33,500 nucleotides of DNA from NCBI RefSeq assembly GCF_006345805.1, contig NW_021832033.1, positions 1 through 33,500 of the forward strand, read 5' to 3'. Both the position numbers and the translations under genes were made by a program. Positions 23,707 to 33,365 of this stretch are shown here, in pieces; position 1 is the stretch's first letter, and the number at the start of each line of letters is the position of its first letter. Origin of the DNA: Octopus sinensis. Its lineage: Eukaryota. The notes beneath the pieces were generated by a model. That model saw nothing but the letters and a program-made list of their open reading frames with translations. It searched no databases and was not told where the DNA came from.

Positions 23707-24446
23707 CGACCACCGCCGCCACCACCGCCGCCGTCTCCGCCGTCGTCGTCGTCGTCGTCGCCGCCGTCGTCGTGGTGGTCGTCGCCGTCGTGGTCGTGGT
23801 CGTCGTCGTCGTCGTCGTTTCCGCCGTCGTCGTCGTCGTCGTCTCCGCCGTCGTCGTCGTCGTCTCCGCCGTCGTCGTCGTCGTCTCCGCCGTCGTCGTC
23901 GTCGCCGTCGTGGTCGTGGTCGTCGTCGTCGTTTCCGCCGTCGTCGTCGTGTCGTCGTCGTCGTCGTCGCTCCGCCGTCGTGGTCGTCGTCTCCGCCGTC
24001 GTGGTCGTCGTCTCCGCCGTCGTCGTCGTCGTGGTCGTCGTCGTCTCCGCCGTCGTGGTCGTCGTCATCATCATCATCATCATCGTCGTCATCATCATCA
24101 TCATCGTCGTCTTCATCGTCGTCATCATCATCATCATCGTCATCACCATCATCGTCATCATCGCCATCATCATCGTCATCATCATCATCGTCGTCATCAT
24201 CACCATCATCGTCGTCATCATCATCATCATCGTCGTCATCATCATCATCATCGTCGTCTTCATCGTCGTCATCATCGCCATCATCATCATCACCATCATC
24301 GTCATCATCGCCATCATCATCGTCATCATCATCATCGTCGTCATCATCACCATCATCATCGTCATCATCATCATCATCGCCATCATCATCGTCATCATCA
24401 TCATCATCGCCATCATCATCATCATCATCATCGTCGTCGTCATCAG
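23707..24446. repeat. Compound trinucleotide repeat (GCC)n to (GTC)n to (ATC)n, ~740 bp
   Basis: Directly visible. It produces three spurious low-complexity ORFs. Confidence 0.95.
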
Positions 24447-24506
24447 CGTTGTGTGTGCGTGTGTGCAGTCTGCATCTGACAGTTTTTAACGTTTAATAAG
24501 AATAGA

Positions 24507-24670
24507 TTGTTGTTGTTGTTGCAGTGACATTCCAACTGCACACACGCACAAACAATGCCTTTCGTCCTCGTAGGGTTGTTGTTGTTGTTGTTGCAGTGAC
24601 ATTCCAACTGCACACACGCACAAACATTGCCTTTCGTCCTCGTAGGGTTGTTCTTGTTGTTGTTGCTGTT
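24507..24670. repeat. Two copies of a 72-bp unit bounded by (GTT)n
   Basis: GCAGTGACATTCCAACTGCACACACGCACAAACA.TGCCTTTCGTCCTCGTAGGGTTG at 24521 and 24593. Confidence 0.9.
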
Positions 24671-24810
24671 GGGGGTTCATAAAAAAAGAGAAGGACATTT
24701 TAAGAAGCATTCAGTAAAAGCTTTCCCATAGCTGGTCATTTTTCACGCTAGAAATAGAAACCACTTTATTTTTCATATAAATTTTGAAGGACAGATAAGA
24801 AGCATTCATA

Positions 24811-25038
24811 GGTACTTGTCTATTGTCGTGGTCCCGGTTTTGCACACGCGAATTCGCGCGCGCGCGCGCGCCAGACGTAGGTGATCGATACTCGAGATCC
24901 TACGAGGTGACTTGCGCATGCGCAGTGCGCGATTCGCGCATGCGCGTTAAACCCCCCCCCCGGAAAAAAAAAGGATTTTTTTTAAAGATACCTTTCTGCT
25001 TTTTAAGACAAGAAGGTGTTCGATTTCACTAAAAAAAA

Positions 25039-25083
<45 letters not shown>

Positions 25084-25572
25084 ACATTCAATTTTACACA
25101 AAAAAATTACATAGTCGCTTTCCTCGCGGATTTACAGATAAATGAATTAATTACTATTTTACAGAATAAAATTAATGAATTAATTATATAAATTAAATAA
25201 TTCTTGAAAATTAATTATTATTAATACTCGAGATCCTACGAGGTGACATGCGCATGCGCAGTGCGCGATTCGCGCATGCGAGTTAACCCCCCCCCCCCCC
25301 CCGGGAAAAAAAAAAAGGATTTTTTTAAAGATACCTTTAGTCGCTTTCCTCGCGGATTTACAGATAAATGAATTAATTACTATTTTACAGGATAAAATTA
25401 ATGAATTAATTATATAAATTAAATAATTCTTGAAAATTAATTATTATTAATAATATTTTTTGAACAAAGTAAAAAGTAATTACTTTTTTTTTACAGAAAC
25501 GCGAACGGGGAATTTTCAGTTTAAAGTTTATAAATAAATACATTTCATGTGTAATGTAAAATAGTAGTCAAT
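24811..25572 (+). repeat. Left terminal module of the long inverted repeat (~760 bp)
   Basis: GC-rich tip with (CG)8, a (GT)n tract and two internally duplicated sub-blocks: ATACTCGAGATCCTACGAGGTGAC...AAAGATACCTT and AGTCGCTTTCCTCGCGGATTTACAGATA...ATTATTAATA. Mirrored at 32469-33206. Confidence 0.9.
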
Positions 25573-27175
25573 TAATTAAATACCTTCTTTTTCTGGGGTA
25601 TTATTCTTGTTCAAACTCGTCACATATTTGTAACTTTTCGATGTAAACCTTTCAATGTAAGTCTTAAAAAGTTGCGGCAGCTTAGCAGAATGTCACGTTA
25701 TATTTCTACTATGCAATGGTTTCAATACACGCGGAGATCATACCCCTTCAAACTTTATACCATTCTGAAAGATGTTCAGAATATTCATCACACGACCGTT
25801 TTCATTTTGTCAAATATTTTTTTCCACAGAAACTCATCAAAATGTGGCGATTTTATGACAGTGTAGCAAATTAGTAATCAAAACTAATTAAATACCTTCT
25901 TTTTCTGGGGTATTATTCTTGTTCAAACTCGTCACATATTTGTAACTTTTCGATATAAACCTTTCAATGTAAGTCTTAAAAAGTGCGGGCAGCTTAGCAG
26001 AAATGTCACGTTATAATTTCTACTATGCAATTGTTTTCAATACACGCGGGAGATCATACCCCTTCAAACTTTATACCATTCTGAAAGATGTTTCAGAATA
26101 TTCATCACACGACCGTTTTCATTTTGTCCAAATATTTTTTTCCACAGAAACTCATCAAAATTGTGGCGATTTTATGACAGTGTAGCAAATTAGTAATCAA
26201 CCTTCTTTTTCTGGGGTATTATTCATACCCCTTCAAACTTTATACCATTCTGAAAGATGTTTCAGAATATTCATCACACGACCGTTTTCATTTTGTGACA
26301 GATTTTATGACAGTGTAGCAAATTAGTAATCAACCTTCTTTTTCTGGGGTATTATTCATACCCCTTCAAACTTTATACCATTCTGAAAGATGTTTCAGAA
26401 TATTCATCACACGACCGTTTTCATTTTGTCCAAATATTTTTTTCCACAGAAACTCATCAAAATTGTGGCGATTTTATGACAGTGTAGCAAATTAGTAATC
26501 AACCTTCTTTTTCTGGGGTATTATTCTTGTTCAAACTCGTCACATATTTGTAACTTTTCGATGTAAACCTTTCAATGTAAGTCTTAAAAAGTTGCGGCAG
26601 CTTAGCAGAAATGTCACGTTATAATTTCTACTATGCAATGGTTTCAATCCACGCGGGAGATCATACCCCTTCAAACTTTATACCATTCTGAAAGATGTTT
26701 CAGAATATTCATCACACGACCGTTTTCATTTTGTCCAAATATTTTTTTTCACAGAAACTCATCAAAATTGTGGCGATTTTATGACAGTGTAGCAAATTAG
26801 TAATCAACTAATTAAATACCTTCTTTTTCTGGGGTATTATTCTTGTTCAAACTCGTCACATATTTGTAACTTTTCGATGTAAACCTTTCAATGTAAGTCT
26901 TAAAAAGTTGCGGCAGCTTAGCAGAAATGTCACGTTATAATTTCTACCATGCAATGGTTTCTATACACGCGGGAGATCATACCCCTTCAAACTTTATATC
27001 ATTCTGAAAGATGTTTCAGAATATTCATCACACGACCGTTTTCATTTTGTCCAAAAATACATTCGGGAGATCATACCCCTTCGAACTCTATACCATTCTG
27101 AAAGATGTTTCAGAATATTCATCAAGCAATCGTGTGCAGTTTGCCCATATTGTTCCTTCCACAGAAACTCATCAA
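25573..27175 (-). repeat. Left-arm tandem array of the ~316-bp unit (three full units, two internally deleted, one truncated, plus the transposase 3' end)
   Basis: Recurring CCTTCTTTTTCTGGGGTATTATTC ... CATACCCCTTCAAACTTTATACCATTCTGAAAGATGTTTCAGAATATTCATCAC, in reverse orientation to the right-arm array. Confidence 0.9.
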
Positions 27176-27965
27176 GGTACGAGTCCACCATGGTGGAATG
27201 TACCCCCATCATCGTTTTAAATTTTCTTTTGGCATTCTTCCAGTAACATTCCACAGAATTTGTGTGTACACCTGTTAGCGGATCCACAAAATTCTGGGAA
27301 TGGTTTACTGTGAAATGGATGTATTTTGGTGTCACATCCATTTCTGCAATACCATTATAGGCGGGCCAGCAATCCGAATGAATTGTTGCGCCCGGTCTAA
27401 TAAATTTTTTGATGATGGGTAGCAGAGTTTCCGAGGAACGGTCAGCTACGAACAGTATGAAGCCTTTTTTGTCTTCTCTGTCGTAACCTCCAAAGACCCA
27501 TCTCTCTTGTGGCGTTCTCCCTCTATTGTATTTTCTCTTACACATCAGACTTTCATCTACTTCAACAACGTGTCCGACACCACCAATTTGGTATGGATTG
27601 TTGATTAGATTGTTGCTACAGATATCTCGCATGTATTGATACCATTGAATAACGCTAGATTTTGACAATCCAGTCATTGCTATTGCTCCTGTTATTGTTA
27701 GGTTACTGCCCCAACAATATATAACATGAATGAAATCGTGCAGTTTCAATCTGCTATTTTCGAGATACGATTTCTTTCTAATCGACTCTTTTTCCCCTTT
27801 GTGAGTTGGGCAGCGAAAAATTTTTTCCTGGTTGTGTTTTATAAGAGTCATCTCTCTATGGCATTTTGAGCAAATTGGAGTTGAGGAACTCAACACTTTT
27901 TTGTCCTTTAGGAATGAATAGATACTGTCAAAGTCTTTTACGATACTTTCTATCTCATACAACAT
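27042..27965 (-). CDS. Merlin/IS1595-family DDE transposase, 307 aa, uninterrupted
   Basis: ATG in an A-rich context. N-terminal Zn-ribbon C32-x2-C35...C52-x2-H55, an HTH-like segment, then VEVDES (D137), WVFGG, IHSDCW (D198), VNHSQNFVDPLTGVHTNSVE (E239) and YLDEFLWK. These are the motifs of DDE_Tnp_IS1595/ISXO2-like transposases. Confidence 0.95.
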   Translation of the reverse strand: MLYEIESIVKDFDSIYSFLKDKKVLSSSTPICSKCHREMTLIKHNQEKIFRCPTHKGEKESIRKKSYLENSRLKLHDFIHVIYCWGSNLTITGAIAMTGLSKSSVIQWYQYMRDICSNNLINNPYQIGGVGHVVEVDESLMCKRKYNRGRTPQERWVFGGYDREDKKGFILFVADRSSETLLPIIKKFIRPGATIHSDCWPAYNGIAEMDVTPKYIHFTVNHSQNFVDPLTGVHTNSVECYWKNAKRKFKTMMGVHSTMVDSYLDEFLWKEQYGQTAHDCLMNILKHLSEWYRVRRGMISRMYFWTK

Positions 27966-28060
27966 TTTTTCTTAATTTAACTCACAGTTCAACTGATGAA
28001 GATAAACTGAAAATAAAGTTATTTTCAGTATCAGTTAGCTGACTATCAGTCAGTTAGCTC

Positions 28061-28070
28061 TGATTGGTTA
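28061..28070 (-). promoter_or_regulatory. CCAAT box upstream of the transposase
   Basis: Minus strand reads AACCAATCAG (NF-Y consensus) about 100 bp upstream of the transposase ATG. Motif match only. Confidence 0.4.
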
Positions 28071-28721
28071 GATTTTAGAACTTTCTCTGTCCCCTCTTTC
28101 AAACTAATTTTTGTTGTGGGGGGGGGGGAGAAAGATGAACGATTTAAAATAAATATATCTTAATTGTAGTGTGAGAAAAGTATATATATTCTGATGATAA
28201 AATATATTCTTTCAAAAACATTTGTAGTCCTACTATGAAAGATTGTTTTGGGCTGAAACCCAAGTTAACGAAAATACATGAATAAGGATTTGACTGTCAT
28301 GATGTTGAGTCTTATAGATTCTTGTCCGATTCAGTATATTTGTCATGTGCTTTCTGAAGTAGGCAATAAAAACCTTATAAACAAACTGTTATCTACATAA
28401 TACTGTGGTAATTAGACAAACATTAACTGAAATTAATTATGCCTTTCCTAACAGAAAATGACATAATATGTATTTATTATGTGAACATGTAAAGGAAACT
28501 GAAAATTGTGATATGTTCCTCTCATTACTGGCACTTATTAACTTGAGAAAAATAAAAAGGCCACATATAGAATGAGATATTCGAAAATAAAAAAATGTTA
28601 AAAGATACTCCTCGGAATTAAAATCATGACAAAGATTTTCAAAATCCCTTTTTTGCGATAGATGGAGATTGCCTGAAGTAAATAAGGGAGAAGGAGAGAG
28701 AAGACAGCAGAAGGAACAGCA

Positions 28722-31700
28722 TTGATGAGTTTCTGTGAAAAAAATATTTGGACAAAATGAAAACGGTCGTGTGATGAATATTCTGAAACATCTTTCAGAA
28801 TGGTATAAAGTTTGAAGGGGTATGATCTCCCGCGTGTATTGAAACCATTGCATAGTAGAAATTATAACGTGACATTTCTGCTAAGCTGCCGCAACTTTTT
28901 GAGACTTACATTGAAAGGTTTATATCGAAAAGTTACAAATATGTGACGAGTTTGAACAAGAATAATACCCCAGAAAAAGAAGGTATTTAATTAGTTGATT
29001 ACTAATTTTCTACACTGTCATAAAATCGCCACAATTTTGATGAGTTTCTGTGGAAAAAAATATTTGGACAAAATGAAAACGGTCGTGTGATGAATATTCT
29101 GAAACATCTTTCAGAATGATATAAAGTTTGAAGGGGTATGATCTCCCGCGTGTATTGAAACCATTGCATGGTAGAAATTATAACGTGACATTTCTGCTAA
29201 GCTGCCGCAACTTTTTAAGACTTACATTGAAAGGTTTACATCGAAAAGTTACAAATATGTGACGAGTTTGAACAAGAATAATACCCCAGAAAAAGAAGGT
29301 ATTTAATTAGTTGATTACTAATTTGCTACACTGTCATAAAATCGCCACAATTTTGATGAGTTTCTGTGGAAAAAAATATTTGGACAAAATGAAAACGGTC
29401 GTGTGATGAATATTCTGAAACATCTTTCAGAATGATATAAAGTTTGAAGGGGTATGATCTCCCGCGTGTATTGAAACCATTGCATAGTAGAAATTATAAC
29501 GTGACATTTCTGCTAAGCAGCCGCAACTTTTTAAGACTTACATTGAAAGGTTTACATCGAAAAGTTACAAATATGTGACGAGTTTGAACAAGAATAATAC
29601 CCCAGAAAAAGAAGGTATTTAATTAGTTGATTACTAATTTGCTACACTGTCATAAAATCGCCACATTTTGATGAGTTTCTGTGAAAAAAAATATTTGGAC
29701 AAAATGAAAACGGTCGTGTGATGAATTTCTGAAACATCTTTCAGAATGGTATAAAGTTTGAAGGGGTATGATCTCCCGCGTGTATTGAAACCATTGCATA
29801 GTAGAAATTATAACGTGACATTTCTGCTAAGCTGCCGCAACTTTTTAAGACTTACATTGAAAGGTTTACATCGAAAAGTTACAAATATGTGACGAGTTTG
29901 AACAAGATAATATACCCCAGAAAAAGAAGGTATTTAATTAGTTGATTACTATTTGCTACACTGTCATAAAATCGCCACAATTTTGATGAGTTTCTGTGGA
30001 AAAAAATATTTGGACAAAATGAAAACGGTCGTGATGAATATTCTGAAACATCTTTCAGAATGATATAAAGTTTGAAGGGGTATGATCTCCCGCGTGTATT
30101 GAAACCATTGCATGGTAGAAATTATAACGTGACATTTCTGCTAAGCTGCCGCAACTTTTTAAGACTTACATTGAAAGTTTTACATCGAAAAGTTACAAAT
30201 ATGTGACGAGTTTGAACAAGAATAATACCCCTAAAAAGAAGGTATTTAATTAGTTGATTACTAATTTGCTACACCTGTCATAAAATCGCCACAATTTTGA
30301 TGAGTTTCTGTGGAAAAAAATATTTGGACAAAATGAAAACTGTCGTGTGATGAATATTCTGAAACATATCTTTCAGAATGGTATAAAGTTTGAAGGGGTA
30401 TGATCTCCCGCGTGTATTGAAACCATTGCATAGTAGAATTATAACGTGACATTTCTGCTAAGCTGCCGCAACTTTTTAAGACTTACATTGAAAGGTTTAC
30501 ATCGAAAAGTTACAAATATGTGACGAGTTTGAACAAGAATAATACCCCAGAAAAAGAAGGTATTTAATTAGTTGATTACTAATTTGCTACACTGTCATAA
30601 AATCGCCACAATTTTGATGAGTTTCTGTGGAAAAAAATATTTGGACAAAATGAAAACGGTCGTGTGATGAATATTCTGAAACATCTTTCAGAATGATATA
30701 AAGTTTGAAGGGGTATGATCTCCCGCGTGTATTGAAACCATTGCATGGTAGAAATTATAACGTGACATTTCTGCTAAGCTGCCGCAACTTTTTAAGACTT
30801 ACATTGAAAGGTTTACATCGAAAAGTTACAAATATGTGACGAGTTTGAACAAGAATAATACCCCAGAAAAAGAAGGTATTTAATTAGTTGATTACTAATT
30901 TGCTACACTGTCATAAAATCGCCACAATTTTGATGAGTTTCTGTGGAAAAAAATATTTGGACAAAATGAAAACGGTCGTGTGATGAATATTCTGAAACAT
31001 CTTTCAGAATGGTATAAAGTTTGAAGGGGTATGATCTCCCGCGTGTATTGAAACCATTGCATAGTAGAAATTATAACGTGACATTTCTGCTAAGCTGCCG
31101 CAACTTTTTAAGACTTACATTGAAAGGTTTACATCGAAAAGTTACAATATGTGACGAGTTTGAACAAGAATAATACCCCAGAAAAAGAAGGTATTTATAT
31201 TAGTTGATTACTAATTTGCTACACTGTCATAAAATCGCCACAATTTTGATGAGTTTCTGTGGAAAAAAATATTTGGACAAAATGAAAACGGTCGTGTGAT
31301 GAATATTCTGAAACATCTTTCAGAATGATATAAAGTTTGAAGGGGTATGATCTCCCGCGTGTATTGAAACCATTGCATGGTAGAAATTATAACGTGACAT
31401 TTCTGCTAAGCTGCCGCAACTTTTTAAGACTTACATTGAAAGTTTTACATCGAAAAGTTACAAATATGTGACGAGTTTGAACAAGAATAATACCCCAGAA
31501 AAAGAAGGTATTTAATTAGTTGATTACTAATTTGCTACACTGTCATAAAATCGCCACAATTTTGATGAGTTTCTGTGGAAAAAAATATTTGGACAAAATG
31601 AAAACTGTCGTGTGATGAATATTCTGAAACATCTTTCAGAATGGTATAAAGTTTGAAGGGGTATGATCTCCCGCGTGTATTGAAACCATTGCATAGTAGA

Positions 31701-32468
31701 AATTATAACGTGACATTTCTGCTAAGCTGCCGCAACTTTTTAAGACTTACATTGAAAGGTTTACATCGAAAAGTTACAAATATGTGACGAGTTTGAACAA
31801 GAATAATACCCCAGAAAAAGAAGGTATTTAATTAGTTGATTACTAATTTGCTACACTGTCATAAAATCGCCACAATTTTGATGAGTTTCTGTGGAAAAAA
31901 ATATTGGACAAAATGAAAACGGTCGTGTGATGAATATTCTGAAACATCTTTCAGAATGATATAAAGTTTGAAGGGGTATGATCTCCCGCGTGTATTGAAA
32001 CCATTGCATGGTAGAAATTAAACGTGACATTTCTGCTAAGCTGCTGCCGCAACTTTTTAAGACTTACATTGAAAGGTTTACAATCGAAAAGTTACAAATA
32101 TGTGACGAGTTTGAACAAGAATAATACCCCAGAAAAAGAAGGTATTTAATTAGTTGATTACTAATTTGCTACACTGTCATAAAATCGCCACAATTTTGAT
32201 GAGTTTCTGTGGAAAAAAATATTTGGACAAAATGAAAACGGTCGTGTGATGAATATTCTGAAACATCTTTCAGAATGGTATAAAGTTTGAAGGGGTATGA
32301 TCTCCCGCGTGTATTGAAACCATTGCATAGTAGAAATTATAACGTGACATTTCTGCTAAGCTGCCGCAACTTTTTAAGACTTACATTGAAAGGTTTACAT
32401 CGAAAAGTTACAAATATGTGACGAGTTTGAACAAGAATAATACCCCAGAAAAAGAAGGTATTTAATTA
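28722..32468 (+). repeat. Right-arm tandem array, ~12 units of 314-319 bp
   Basis: The T of GAA-TG(G/A)TATAAAG recurs at 28801, 29117, 29433, 29747, 30061, 30379, 30694, 31010, 31326, 31642, 31957 and 32276. Units are near-identical. Confidence 0.95.
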
Positions 32469-32949
32469 ATTGACTACTATTTTACATTACACATAAAATG
32501 TATTTATTTATAAACTTTAAACTGAAAATTCCCCGTTCGCGTTTCTGTAAAAAAAAGTAATTACTTTTTACTTTGTTCAAAAATATTATTAATAATAATT
32601 AATTTTCAAGAATTATTTAATTTAAATATATTAATTCATTAATTTTATTCTGTAAAATAGTAATTAATTCATTTATCTGTAAATCCGCGAGGAAAGCGAC
32701 TAAAGGTATCTTTAAAAAAAATCCTTTTTTTTTTCCGGGGGGCGGGTTTAACCGCATGCGCGAATCGCGCACTGCGCATGCGCAAGTCACCTCGTAGGAT
32801 CTCGAGTATTAATAATAATTAATTTTCAAGAATTATTTAATTTATATAATTAATTCATTAATTTTATTCTGTAAAATAGTAATTAATTCATTTATCTGTA
32901 AATCCGCGAGGAAAGCGACTATGTAATTTTTTTGTGTAAAATTGAATGT

Positions 32950-33000
<51 letters not shown>

Positions 33001-33206
33001 TATTTTTAGTGAAATCCAACACCTTTTTGTCTTAAAAAGCAGAAAGGTATCTTTAAAAAAAATCCTTTTTTTTTCCGGGGGAGGGGGGGTTTAACGCGCA
33101 TGCGCAGGTCACCTCGTAGGATCTCGAGTATCGATTACCTACGTCTGGCGTGCGCGCGCGCGAATTCGCGTGTGCAAAACCGGGACCACGACAATAGACA
33201 AGTACC
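32469..33206 (-). repeat. Right terminal module of the long inverted repeat (~740 bp)
   Basis: Reverse complement of 24811-25572 with the same sub-blocks and an (AC)n tract. The outer GC block lacks one GCGCATGCGC-containing segment present on the left. Confidence 0.9.
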
Positions 33207-33365
33207 ACTGGTGCTAGAGTGAGCAATATAGTGACCACTCTCTTATATTTATTTTGTAAAAATATTATATGTTATAAAATATTATAATAATCCAGGTTTC
33301 TCGGAGCACTAGGCCACTTGGTGTTGAATAAATATACTATTAAATTAGTATCTAATTCTCTCACC

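Larger units (their letters stand above)
24811..33206 (-). mobile_element. Merlin-superfamily (IS1595/ISXO2-like) DNA transposon with foldback-type long inverted arms, 8396 bp
   Basis: Left end GGTACTTGTCTATTGTCGTGGTCCCGGTTTTGCACACGCGAATTCGCG at 24811 is the exact reverse complement of the right end finishing ...GACAATAGACAAGTACC at 33206. Termini start GGTAC, fitting the GG-initial Merlin ends. Internal IS1595-type transposase ORF. No 8-9 bp target-site duplication is visible. Confidence 0.9.

Noticed and set aside
23562-24489. Three long ORFs (poly-M/T/D, poly-S/V/I, poly-V/R/H)
   Set aside because: They are a direct consequence of a stop-free trinucleotide tract and have no splice or codon evidence.
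24691-24810. AAGGACA...TAAGAAGCATTCA repeated 96 bp apart next to the left terminus
   Set aside because: Both copies are on the same side of the element, so this is not a target-site duplication; it is too short to interpret.
28437-28853. 138-aa ORF and related short ORFs at 25672, 26003, 27011 and 30261 (MQWFQYTR..., SYPFKLYTILKD...)
   Set aside because: They are antisense or off-frame readings of the repeat unit; the meaningful frame is the DEFLW transposase remnant.
28722-32468. Regular array resembling CRISPR or a repeat-protein gene
   Set aside because: There are no unique spacers, units are ~316 bp and not a multiple of three, and stops occur in each unit. The context is eukaryotic with no cas genes.
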